Shown: positions 1 through 11,790, numbered from the stretch's first letter. The stretch: 64,000 bases of DNA from Cyanophora paradoxa CCMP329 (GCA_004431415.1 QPMI01000191.1:12570-76569), one strand, 5' to 3'. Program-made: numbers and translations. Notes: generated from the sequence alone by a model not told the origin.

Positions 1-3
1 CGC

Positions 4-333
4 TTGCGCTCGGCTGTGACGGCGTATGTCACAAACTATGATTATCACGTCAAAAAGCCCCAATTCGAAGTTGAGCCAATTCCGATGAATCTGGTACCCC
101 TGGGATGGGAAGAGTACCCGAGTACTCGTGGAACAGGGGCCTCAACCCCCCGCGCCAGGCCCTGCCAGCCCGCCCGCCCACCGATAAACGCCCCCGCCCC
201 GCGTGACGTCAGACGGGACATACGCGAATGGGAGGAGTGGAGCAACGACCCGAAGAACTGGCTACCCGGGGAGGCGGAGATGCGGAAGCGCGCGAGGCTG
301 ATGCCCGGCGACAGGTACCCCGACCGCGAGTAG
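4..333 (+). CDS. 3' end of an intronless hypothetical protein (5' end outside window)
   Basis: Frame open from the window edge to TAG at 331-333, with protein-like composition; no family recognised. Confidence 0.4.
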   Translation: MRSAVTAYVTNYDYHVKKPQFEVEPIPMNLVPLGWEEYPSTRGTGASTPRARPCQPARPPINAPAPRDVRRDIREWEEWSNDPKNWLPGEAEMRKRARLMPGDRYPDRE

Positions 334-367
334 GGGTACAGGTATAAATTCTCACCGAGCCGCGAGC

Positions 368-933
368 ATGGCGCGAACACGCGAGTCCGACGTGCTGTAC
401 AACAACGGCGACCTGGACGGGGAGATTCGACAGCGGAACGTGGACTTGGAGGATGCGAACGCAGTGCTGGAGGGGAGGCGCACGTCCTCAGGGGCGGCTC
501 GCCGGCGGAGAACTTCATGGAGCGCGTGCTCTACCTTGTGCGCTGGATTAGAGACGAATTCCACGACGAGCGAGAGCTCCCGGACAGGGAGATGATCAGG
601 GCCGCGGGCTTGATGGGTATGACAGAGAACCCGAGATCGTACCTGAGGCGCGAACGCAGGGATCTGAACGGCGATTGGGCCGACCTGCAAGCGCTGTGGA
701 CGGCCTTTGCGAACCGCAAGAGCCAGATCCTTGCCCTGCCCGCGCAGGTACAGCAGCGTATCATTGATTTCGTAGCCCCCTGGCGCGACGAGTCCCTCCA
801 GCAGCCATTCATGCAACCACGCTTCCTCTCCGGGCTCAGGAGCGCGTTCTTCCACTTGGCCGTGAGCAGCGACCGGTATTTCACACCGCAGAGGATCGTT
901 CACGGCGAATTCGGCATACCCCCGAGTGGCTGA
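368..933 (+). CDS. Intronless hypothetical protein of about 188 aa, split by one frameshift near 470-476
   Basis: ATG about 20 nt after TATAAA. ORFs 368.. and 517.. join (..NAVLE/EAHVLRGGSPAENFMERVLY..) if one G is added in the GGGG run. Confidence 0.45.
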
Positions 934-1763
934 ATTTTGCCACCGTACCCCTTCCCCACCCCGCCTCGAAGGCCCCCCCTCCCCTACCCCCGAGCAGCGT
1001 GAGTCACTCAAGCGTCAGAGGGAGGTACGCGAATGGATGGACGACACCAGCCACTGGGTACAGGGCGAGGCCGAATTACGCAAGTTCGGAAGGTTCGGGC
1101 AGTAACAGCGGGGGGTACAGCATTCAGTTAGAGCCTGAGCATCGTTAGAGGCCGGGAGGCCCCCCGAGGGGTACACCGGCTGTTACTCCCCGCGTCGGTT
1201 AGTGCTAGCCCCCCTGTTAGTGCAGCGTGTACCTGATCGCAATATAACACCCAAACCTCCGCGACGCGTGACTCATGCAACCTCCGAGGGTTAACAATGC
1301 ATTGACAGCGAAGGGGCAAGCTCGAGAGCTCAACGCTTCACAAAGGCCCACTTATATAGTGAGTATTATCCGACGATCGACAATATTAATTGACGAATAG
1401 GCTCTGATCATGATAAGAGTGTCCCAAGTTACCAAGTAGCTGCCTAAAAGTTTGAACTAAAGTCTCTGACAGCTGCGGCACTAGGCTGCTTACATCCTCC
1501 TGCACTGCGCATGATGCATACGTCCAAATTGCCTTGCTACTAGCGGCTAAGCGTGAAAATCCCCCGGGGCCCATTTAAAGTACAGATCATTAGTGCCGCT
1601 CTGAGAGCTCTGACTTTTGAAACACTGCGGTGAGCAAATATCAACGAAAGGCCAGAAAAAAGACCCGTCTGCCAGAAAGGAGGCCTACGGGGCGCGGGCT
1701 GCTTCAAAAAAGAAGAGGAGGGAGGAAGAGGATGAGGGAGGGGCGCAGGTGGGCGCGGGGCGC

Positions 1764-4700
1764 TCAGACGTCCACGCGGTCGAGGCTGCTGGGGGCCATC
1801 GACTCGGGGCGCCGCGCGGGGACGTAGACACCCTCCTGGGAGCGGCGGGCGGGGATGTACCCCTCCTGGGAGCGGCGCGAGGGGGCGGGGTCGCGGTCGG
1901 GGATCGAGTCGAACTCGACGGCCGCGCCGACGGCGACGGAGCGCTGGTGCACGTGGGCGCCCCCGTGCCCCGAGCCCGACGGCGGGCTCGCCGGCGGGAT
2001 CGCCTGCGCCGGCCCCGCGGTGAGCCCGGGGCAGGCAGGAGGGGCCGGGGCGGGGCGGGGCGCGGGGGCCCCACCTGGGCGACGAGCTCGCGCATGTTGC
2101 GGATGCTGTCGCCGGCGAGGGGCGTGCCGTCGACGAAGGGCGTGCCCCGCAGCTTGCTGATCGACCCGTCCGGGTCCCGCACCGACCAGTCCTCCTCCGG
2201 CCGCGCGTGCTCTGCCGCCCCCGCCCGAGCCTCGCAAGGGGCGCCCGCGAGGGAGGGTTCGCGCGGGGCGGGAGGGGGCACCGTGGCCGGCGACGGCCGT
2301 CGGCAGCGCGTTGACGTGCTGCGCCCGCACCGACCACTGCGCCCCAGGCGGCAGCGTCGGAGGCGAGGGGGGTTAGGGCGGGCGCGGGAGGCGAGCGCCC
2401 GGCGCGCACGTCATCCAGCTCTGCGCGCGGCGACGCGTGAGTCGAGGGCGCGGGGCCCGGCGGGGCGGGGCGGGGCGGGGCGGGCGCGCCGGTCTTCTTC
2501 TCGTGGTGCCCGTAGTACCCCCGCGTGCCGAAGTAGATGATGGTGACCTGGGGGCGGGGGTTGGGAGGGGGCAGGGGGGGGCAGCGGGGGGGGCGGGGCG
2601 GGGCGGGGGCACGTAGGCGGCGAGCCAGCCGAGGACGATGGCGAGGGCGGCGAAGGCGGCGATGGCCGACGCGTTCAGCGGCGCCGGCAGCGAGTAGTTC
2701 ATGATCGCCACCTGCCGCCCCCGCCCCCGTCGCCCCGAGCTCCTCCCAGGGGCGGGGCGCGGCGCGGGGGCTCCGAGGGGGCGGGGGCGGACGATGTAGA
2801 TGACGAAGATCTCGAGGAGGTTGAGGAGCATGCCGACGCCGGGGACGACGCCGTGGCGCCACCAGTTGAAGTGCGGCTTCCCCGCGAAGTTCACCTGCCC
2901 GCCCCCCGTGAGGCCCGCCCCGCCGCGCCCCGCCCCCGGCCCGCCGCGGGCACCATGCAGGTGAAGCAGATGCCGGCGTAGAGGAGGAACCTGCCGCCCC
3001 GCCCCGGCCCCTCGGCCCCGCCCCGCACCGCCCCGCGGGGCCCCGCGAGCGCTGCAACGCACGTCCCCACGTTGGAGGCCATCGTCACCGCCGTGATCGC
3101 GATCGTGTTGTTGTACGCGTCCTGCTCCCCGGCACCGTCGGCGGGGGCCCGAGGCGGGGCCGGCGCGGGGAGGGGCAGCGCACCTTGTTCGCCACGCACG
3201 CGATCCCGAGCACGCAGTTGATGACTGAGGCGCCGGCGTCAGGGGCCGGGCGGGGGGAGGCCGGGGGAGGCCGGGGGCGGGGCGGGGGGGCGCACAGAAG
3301 GAGAAGAGGAGGCCGACCCAGGGGGTGCGCCACGTGGGGTGCAGGCGGCACATGAAGGACGGGAACTGCCGCTCCGTCGCCTGCAAGCGGGCGCCGCGCA
3401 CGCCCGGGTCGGACCCGGCATGGCAGGGCGGGGGTGGAAGGGGCGGGGGGCGGGCAGGGGCGGGCCATGAAGAGGGAGACGCGGACGGCGGCGTTGGAGG
3501 CGGCGAGGGTGGTGCCGAAGATGGAGAGGAGGACGGTGACGGCCTGGATGCACATCAGCGCGTACCCGTTCAGCCCGAAGTAGTTCCCCGCCACGATCGT
3601 CAGGTCCTGCCACCGCCCCGGCCCGAGGCTCAGCGCCGGGGCGGGTCGGGTGGGGCGGGCGGGCGGGGCGGGGGAACGGGGGCGGGGCACCCCGATGGGG
3701 GCCATGGAGCCGGCGGAGCGGAAGGAGGCCGGCATCGCCGCCGAGGCCGAGACGTACTCGAAGGGGTACGAGAGCAGCGCCTGCAGCGCGAGCGAGAGCA
3801 CGCAGCCGACCGCCACGTTGCGCTCCGGCTTCTTCGTCTCGCCGCCTGGTGCCCCGGTGAGCGGGGGGCGGGGAGCGGGGCCTCGGGGGGCGGGCGCGCC
3901 GAGCTGCGTGGAGGAGTCGAAGCCGACGAGGATGAGGATGGCGATGGAGGACTGGTAGACCATCCCCAGCCCGCTGTTCACCTGCCGGCCAACCTCGAAC
4001 CCCGGAGCGAGCCGGGCGGGCGCTCGGGGCGCCGGCTCTGCGCGGGCACCTTGAAGATGTCCGAGGTCTTCTCGAAGAGCCAGGTGTCGCCGGCGGGGAT
4101 GAGCGCCGTCGCCACCGTCGTCGGGTTCGCCGCCACCTCGGGCGGCCCCGCCGCGTTCCGGTCCCGGAAGGCCGCCCAGAGCACCCCGTACCTGCCCCAG
4201 CCGAGGCCGCCTCGGCTGCGGTCCCGAGGCGGGGCGGGGCGGGGCGGGGGGGCGGACAGGAAGATGGCGGCCGACTGCATGATGACCACGCAGATGTTGA
4301 AGTTCGTCCTGCGCCGCCCGGCGGCCCCGGCCCGAGTGAGCGGGGCGCCGGCGGGGCGGCGCGGGGGGAGGCGCGCACGAGAAGTTTATGCCCTTCATCG
4401 CGATGCCGGCCACGATGGCGGCGCACATGATGGCGATCCCCGCCGCCGCGCCCGGCGAGAGCGGGTTCGTCGGGTCCCGCCCCGGCGACGTGTTGATCTG
4501 CGCCCCCGGTTCGAGTCGGTTCAGGTTGCGCTACTGTCGGTCAGTTGGGACGGGGTCTGCCGCGCACGAGGTAGACGATGACCTGCAGCGGGGAACGGCG
4601 GCCGGGTGAGCGGGGCCGGCGGGTGTGGCGGGGCGGAGGGCGGCGGCCGCTCACTTGGCTCATGAGGGCAGTTGTGACGCCTGCGGGCGAGGGGCGTGAG

Positions 4701-5876
4701 CGGGCGGCGGGGCGCAGCGCCGGCGCGAGCCCCCGGGGGATTCTGGTCACCGGGGTACACCCAGCTGCGGGGGCGGCTGCGGTCAGGCGGGGTACGGCGG
4801 GCCCGGGAGGGGAACCGAGGCTGCACGCACTAGAAGAGGTGGATCTGGCCGTGGGGAAAGAAGGGGGAAGGGGGCGTCAGCGGGTGCGGGGGAGGCGAGG
4901 GCGGCTGCAGCGCTCTCCCGCAGCTCCCGGGCGCACCGAGAAGCCCATGTACCACTTCATGAGGCTCGACCACTGGCCCGCCCCGTGCAGTCAGCGGGCG
5001 CGGGGAGGGGAAGCGCAGGGCCCGCACCGGCCGGAACACGCGGTAGCGGCAGTGCTTGAACGCGCGCTCCGCAAAGTAGTACGCGCCCCCGGCCCCGGCC
5101 TCGGGGTACACGTGCGCCCTGGGGACACGCCGGTGCGGGGTCAAGGCCGGGCCGGGGCGGGGCGGGGGCGGGGCGGGGGCGGGGCGGGGGGGCGGGGGCG
5201 GACAGCTCGGCGAAGGGGAAGGCGGTCATGAAGGCGACCCAGACGGCGAAGATGATCCCCACGAACGTGTCCTTCGCGAACGAGTTCCCCTGGTTGTCGA
5301 TGCACGCCAGGTTCCTGCCCCGCCCGCCCGGGGCCCCCGCCGTCGGCCCCCGCCCCCGCGCCCCGCCCCGCCCCCGCGCCCGGGCCCCACGCACAGCGCG
5401 TAGGTCGTCCACAGGAAGGCCCCCGGCGCAATGAGCGCCATCTGCGGTCGGGCGCTTGAGCGGGCGGCACGGTCCCGGCACGGGGCGCGAGGTCCGGCCT
5501 TGACACGGAGGAGCTCACCGAATTGATCGTAACCCCGGCGAGCCCTAGCAGCGGCGCTGGAAGCGGCGGCGCGGCTGCGCGCTTGCCTGCGCGAGATTGT
5601 CAAATGGAGGCCTCTCCGCGGAGTTGCTGCCCGAGATCGCGCGGCGCGCAATGCGCCGGGGCGCTAGCGCCCCTTCTTAAGGGAGGAACCCGCGCTGTAG
5701 CCTTTATAATCGCTATGTGTCCTATCGCCGTATCGACAGCGCCCCCCGCTCCTGGCGGGACCGCTCCTCATGCAATTTTGCAAAACGCGCTCACTCTCGC
5801 CGGGGTCCAGCGTGAAGACATGGTCTCCCCCGCCCGCTGGCCGGACCGAATTGCCTGGATCGTTGTGCTGCCCCAT
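1764..5876 (-). CDS. APC-family amino acid/amine permease (more than 20 exons; start approximate)
   Basis: Spliced product: GVTINSMALIAPGAFLW..FAEL..YPEAGAGGAYYFAERAF..HLFYWVYPG..ILVGFDSSTQLGGETKKPERNV..AVRVSLFMA..LHPTWRTPW; about 12 hydrophobic segments. Confidence 0.9.
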
Positions 5877-6426
5877 CAGCTGCGCTGTGCGTGGCGACGC
5901 AGCAGTTTTGCGTGATTCGCTGCGCAGCCTGCGCGGGGGCTCCCGCTAATCGCCACCGGGGTCTAAACAAGCTGCTATGCTTGGCGCACGGCCGGCTGGC
6001 GTGCCGTTCCGCCTTGCTAAAGGATGCGACTCTTGGAAGAAGGGGGAGTACGCTGTTTCAGGAGCCGAGTTTTCAGATCCCGCGCGCGCAGCCGCGCGCG
6101 CTGGGATCGAGCCGGAGCGGGCGCATTGTTCCCGTCTCCGCAAATGCGCGCCCACAGCCATCGCAGATCAAGCGCCAGCGCGAGCTATAGCGCGCGCACA
6201 GCTAGCAGCTATAGCGGAGCCTTGCTATAGCTATATAGCGCTAGCTGCAGCGCTAGCGGAAGCTCGAGCGCAAATTAAAAAGAGCGGGATCCCGCGGCCG
6301 GAGTCGTGAACGGATCTTCCGAGCGCAAAGAGCGTTAGCTATAGCATGCGCACGTGCATATGTACACGCGAGAACCGCGCACGGCGCGGAGCGCAAGCTA
6401 AGCGCATCCTTAGTCGACCCGGACTC

Positions 6427-6684
6427 GACTCCCGCCGTATACGTATATATACTGAGTACGTAGCGATAGGCCGGAGCATGATGTTTTGCGCCGCGGTACC
6501 GGTCGGCGCTGTCGAGCCTCGGAGGGCTGAGGCTTCGGGGGCTCCGAAGGCGGGGCTCCAGTCAGTGAAACGCTCTGTATTTGTGCCTTCGCCAAGACCG
6601 CCGCAGCTGCCTGTTGCGCCTGCTGCGGGGTCGCTCCTCCTTGTCATGCCTGCCTTCCGCGGCTTGCCAAGTTGAGCATGCTGG
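6427..6684 (-). pseudogene. Decayed copy of an exon segment of the 13956-14889 gene (source 14462-14672)
   Basis: Aligns directly, with about 8-9 point differences plus stereotyped insertions, two of them frameshifting 8-mers. Confidence 0.9.
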
Positions 6685-6954
6685 GGGGTTTATTATAGAC
6701 CTTCGATTCGTACAGAGGAAGAAGAACAGAGAAAGTACTTTAAGAATAGAGCTCATTAGAAAAGCGTTATGTCTGTAAATGGGTTGCACTGCGAAAGAAC
6801 TGTGATGAATCTCTGCGCCCAACAAAGAGGGCTGTACAGCGGGTCTAGCACTGCGGCGACACGCTCGGGCGGCAAAAAAGGCGCCGCGGAGCACACGGAG
6901 GGAGTTATTCTGAGGCAGAAAAAGGGGCGCGAGTGGGAGGAGCGGGGCCCCGGG

Positions 6955-8514
6955 TCAGAGGGCGTCGAGGGGGAAGGGGCGGTGGTCGGCGGGGAGGGAC
7001 GAGGCGTCGGAGGCGGGGGAGGGGAGGTCGGAGAGGGGCCCCTCGGAGGAGTAGGCCGGGGAGGCGGCGGAGAGCTCGTCGATGATGTCGAGGGCCCCCA
7101 CGTCGAGCTCCGTGAACGAGAGCGCCTCCACCTCCTCCGGCCCCGGCACCCCCGAGCAGCACCCCAGCTCCCCGCACTCCCCCGCCACCTCGCCCGTCGC
7201 CGGCGGCAACGGCGCCGGGGAGCCCGACGGGGCGGTCGGGGCCGGGTCGGGGGCCGGGACCGGGGCCGGGGCCGGGGCGGGTGCGAGCGGGATGGCGGGA
7301 ATGTTGATGTGCAGCGGGAGGACGAGCGGCGCCGGCTGCGGCGGCGGCCCGGCTCGCCCCGCTGGAGCCGTCGGCACGGCCGGGCGGTACGGGCCTGGGG
7401 CCGCGGGTGCCGTGAAGGCGTGCCCGGCCGCCTGGAAGCGCTGCGCCGCGATGCCGCCGCGCGCCGGCGCCGCCGCGGCCGCGCGGGGCGCCGCGGCCGG
7501 GGCGCCCTGCGCCCTCGCCCTGCCGCGGCGCTGCGCCGGCTGGGGTGGCTGGCGCGCAACCGCCGGCGGTTGGTGCCGCAGAGCGTGCGGTTGCGGCGGG
7601 TAGTGGGGCGGGGCGGGGCGCGCGTGTCCGTTGGGGCCGTTGGCAGGGAGAGCGGCGAGGACGTTGGAGAGGAGGGGCGAGAGGAGCGGGGAGAGCGAGG
7701 AGAGCGAGGAGGCGAGCTGCTGGAGGTACGGCAGCTGCCCGTTGAGCTGCGAGAGGAGCGCCAGCGCCGGGTTGGGCGGCGGCGGCGCGGGCGCGAGGGC
7801 GGCGTAGGACGGGTTCGCGGCCGTTGCTGCTGCCGCGCGCTCGATTGCCTCGGGAGATTGCGCTTTCATCCACTGGATGCCCACGCGCAGCGCCCGCCGC
7901 GCCTCATCAGCTGCGCAAACGGTTGGCGTCAGTTAGCCGGAAAGGGATCCGAGGGGCGCGCGGGGTCGTCCGATTTCGCGCGTTAGGAGCGCTCGCAATC
8001 ATCGGAGTTCAACGGGAGACTTGAAAACGCGAACCATGCGGGTAGGTTCCGAGTCGCACGGTGCGCTCCGAAGCGCCCGTCACGTAAGCTACAGCGTCCC
8101 AGGCGCCTGGAGTGAGCACGGATCCGACGATACATCCCCAGACGTTGTCGGCTGAGGCGTTGGAGCCGGATGCCGTTGCCTGGGGAGGCGGTTGCATATC
8201 TGTCGCGCGTGAGAAATCGTCGGTTATGTCGTTTTCCGTGAAGGCTCGCGCGCACCGGGCGTCGGAAAAGGCTCGGAAGACTCATTGGAGAGGCGAGGCC
8301 GCTTGTGCGGGTGCGCGTCGGCACAAGACTCCGAAACGGTTGCCCTTGATGACGGATGTTGGCACGCTGGCAAAGGCTGTGCAGGTCCGGGAGTCGCTAT
8401 CGTTGAATCCGAATCGAGAAAGCTGAAGTCGAGGTCTCGCGGGAGGTCGACGGTTGCCCAGCTGCAAGCCTCAACTGTTGCATCGTGGGCGTGTTCACTT
8501 CCGCCGGAGCTCAT
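6955..8514 (-). CDS. Divergent AP2/ERF-like DNA-binding protein with Pro-rich and acidic C-terminal regions
   Basis: Splicing out 7911-8034 gives GAWDAVAYVTGASERTVRLGTYPHADEARRAL, like AP2 WxAxI..LGTFxTAEEAARAY. Also a KRPR NLS-like motif and an acidic tail. Confidence 0.55.
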
Positions 8515-8857
8515 CGCAGGCGGGTGTTGCTGTATCGGTGAGTACGTCCCGCGCGAGACGGCTTCAGCGAACCGAGTAACCGCCAAGTGACTTGTGAGCG
8601 CGACGGGCTGAGCGGTCCGAAATACGGTACCCCCGAGGCCCTTCGTTCGCCAGTGAAGGACCGCGCGTTGAGCGCTCGAGCCTCAAGGCCTAGGCCCGCC
8701 GCAACGGCACAATCGCAGCAACGGCACCGCCGCATCAACGCACAGCTAACTAGCAGCACTGGTTCCAATTTGCTGCGTAACCGACGCGCCAGACATCCAG
8801 ATCGAATTTGAACTCTACGCGTGACTCGGCGCGGGGTCGCTGACTGCGCATGCGCCT

Positions 8858-11412
8858 CTACTTGCCGCCGTGGCGGTTGGGGGAGCCGTTAAGGGCGGCC
8901 TGCAGGTCGTCGTAATCTGGCTGCGGCTCGCCCTCCTTGCGCTCCAAGATGTACCGCGGCAGCTCCTCCATTCTTAGCCGGAAGAAGCGCCCCGGCACGT
9001 CCGCGGCGTAGCTCCAGAAGTTGTACCTGCGCCGCCACGCCGCGTCGGGTCGGGTGGCGGGCGCGCCGCGTCGGGACGGGCGTGGGGGGCGGGGGCGGGG
9101 GCCGGGCCTGTGGAGCCAGCAGTCGAGGGGGACGGTCCAGGCGCCGCCGGCCTCGGGGACGTCCTTGGGCCAGGAGGGCATCACGCCGCCGCACAGGAAG
9201 CGCGTCGTCACGTAGGTGGCGAGGATGAGAGGGACGGAGCGGAAGCGGAAGGCGTTGCGGAGGCCGCCCGCCGGCCCGAGGGCGAGGCGGAGGCAGGGGA
9301 CGGCGGCGTGCTGCCGGAGCTCGGCGACGAGCTCGTCGTACGCGCGCCCGGGGCTCGCCGGCGGGGCGGCGTCCACGGCCGGCTCGAGGTACTTGGCCCG
9401 CAGCTCGGGCTCCTCAACCATCGCCCAGGGGCGCAGCTCGAGGACGGAGTGGAGGACGCCGACGTCGGCGTAGTGGTCCAGATCGCACCACGGCAGCTCG
9501 TGCAGCCGGAAGAGCTCGTACGCCGGGTGGCCCACGCTGCGCCCCCGGCCCCCGGCCCCGCTCGCCAGCGGCGCCGCCAGGCGGGCCGGGCCGGGCCGGG
9601 GCGCGGCTCGGACCAGGTGATGTGGGGGACGACGAGGGCGCGCCCGAGGCTGAGGGAGAGGATCGCGGCGAGGCGCAGCTCCTGCGCGCTGCTCAGGGGC
9701 GGCGGCACGTGAGGGGCGGGGCGCGCGCGTGGAGCTGGTCCTGGATCGAGTCCCCGGGGGCCAGCTCCACGGTCTGCGCGGCGTCAGGGGCGCGGCGGTC
9801 GCCCGCCGGGGCCGGTGTGCGCCGCGAACCATGTACCTGCGGGGCGCTCAGGGGGCGGCGCGGAGCGGGGCGCGCAGGGCACAGGCTGCGCGCTTCCTGT
9901 TCTGGCCGTAGAAGAGGGGGTCGTCCTTGGTCATCCAGAACCAGGCGCCGGCGGGGTTCGGCGTGTGCGCGCGCTGCACCTGCGGGGCGGTGAGGGGGCG
10001 CCCCCTGGGGGGCCCTGCGGGGCGGGGGCGGGGGCGGGCCTTGAAGTCGATGCCGACGAAGTTGTTGTGGGCGGCGACGATGCCGGGGGAGTCGTGGAGG
10101 TGGGGGAGCCAGAACCAGAGGCCCCCGTTCTGGAAGCGGTCGAGGTCCAGCACGCAGACGGTGACTGCGGGGGGTGAGGGGGCTCGGGGGCGGGCGGGGC
10201 GGGGCGGGCACTGTTGAGTCGCATGGCGTCGCGCTTGAGGAGCTCGTTGAGCTGCCGCTGGTCCCACACCGCCGGCGCGTACGTCTCCAGCAGCCCCGTG
10301 AAGAGCTCCTCCGCCCCGCGCGACGCCCGCGCGAAGAACACCCCGATCTGCCCGGCCCCGGCGTCGGCGTGCGCGCGGCGGGCGGAGCCGGGCCGGGGCG
10401 CCCTCGGGGGGCGCACGTTGAGGTCCTCGCGGTCGACGTCCTCGTGGAAGTACGCGTCCTGCCGCCCCCGCCTCACCCCACGCCCCCCGCGGCCGCCGCG
10501 CTGGCGGGGCGCACGCTCTGCCACGAGAGGTCGCATCGCGGCTGGATGTGCGGCAGCGGGTCCGAGAAAAGCCTGCCGCCGCCTCGGCGTGTGGCGCGGG
10601 GCGGCGCGGGGAGGTCGGGTCGCAGCGCACACGGAGTCGGCCTCCAGGAGGAAGAAGTCGAAACCTGCGGGGCTTCAGCGCGCGCGAACCAGGGCCGGCT
10701 GCACGCCAGCGCGGGGGGCCGGCGGCGCGCCGAGGTGCAGGACCGCCCACACGATCCAGAACTTGCCGACCTTCGTCCGCACGATCTGCGCCCCGCGCGG
10801 CGTGGGCGGGCGCGCAGTGGGCGACGCGGCTCGGGCGGTGGCGGGGGGAGGGACCTCGGGGATGAGGAGGCTCTCGATGCCCTTGGGAACGGCCGCCTTG
10901 ACGTTCTCGTCGAGGGCGAAGAAGACGAGATGCCGCAGCACGTTCACGTTCGAGAGTGACATCATCGAGTTCGCCAGCAGCCGCGTGTAAAAGCTGCCGA
11001 GGTGCGCCGCTCAGGGTGGCGGGCCGTCGCCGCGCGGGGGACGCGGACCTGTTCGAGTAAGTTACATAGACGGTGCGGGTTCCAGGGATCGCCGCCCGGT
11101 TGAGAGAATTGTTAAGCTTGTTAAGAAAGTCCGTCTGCGAGGCGCGGGGCGGGTTAGCGGGCGCCGGGCGGCGGCAGCAAAGCAGCGCACCGTAACAACA
11201 TACTTGGACGTGCCGATCCGCACGGACTCCAGAGCGGCATCGCGGTGCAGGAGCCGATCTAGCTCCGGATGCTCCTCGTACAGGATCTGCCCGCTTGCAG
11301 CGACGAGGAGCGAGAGGGAGACGGCGGCGAGTGCAAGCCGGCTCCAGAGTGCGTCGCGGCCAGCGGGCCGGACTTCGATGCCGGCTCGAGGCGAAGATGC
11401 TGCTCTTCTCAT
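8858..11412 (-). CDS. Nucleotide-diphospho-sugar transferase (GT77-like), type II membrane protein with a C-terminal extension
   Basis: N-terminal TM segment; FDFFLLEADSV, DLNIGVFFARAS, WDQRQLNELL, VLDLDRFQNG, AAHNNFVGIDFK motifs; C-terminal LSLGRALVVP segment. Confidence 0.85.
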
Positions 11413-11704
11413 CGTGAGAGCTTCGTGCTCGCGCTCGCTCAGCACGCGGCGATGGTTCGCATTGTTTCAAGTTTTTGCGCTGCCAAGATCCTGCGCCGGC
11501 TATCCGTGTCGACTTATGTGCAGAGCTAACCGCGTATCTTGATGCCGGCTGGCTGGGAGCGCTTTTGTCTTCTCCGTGAGCCGAACCCGTCTTTACATGG
11601 TGAAGCTCTACCCCCCCGACGTCGACACTCACGCTATCTACTAGTATACGTACTAGTACTAGGCTAGCTGGTCCGAGCTCACCGTCTCGAGCTCAATGTC
11701 TCAC

Positions 11705-11790
11705 GAGGTCCGACGGTCCTCGCGCGGTCGACGTCGACGTCCTCGCAGAAGCTTAAGTAATACGTACGTATACACGCCGTGACGCGTCCT
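11705..11790 (-). pseudogene. Heavily expanded copy of GT77 exon 10420-10460 (DAYFHEDVDREDL)
   Basis: Removing the palindromic micro-insertions restores gaggtcctcgcggtcgacgtcctcg..gaagtacgcgtcct. Confidence 0.8.

Larger units (their letters stand above)
1..1318. mobile_element. Right part of a probable mobile or endogenous-viral segment (intronless ORFs plus a repeat-rich terminus)
   Basis: Lower GC than host genes, and no host-type GC-rich introns. Tandem ORFs with a TATAAA between them (343-348). Eight GGGTAC/GTACCC copies, four GTTAG copies, and an inverted repeat at 1101-1109/1179-1187. No diagnostic domain recognised; the right boundary is a guess. Confidence 0.35.

Noticed and set aside
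1108-1118. GCGGGGGGTAC shared with 59026 and 59091
   Set aside because: Only 11 bp, low complexity, same orientation; not enough to link the regions.
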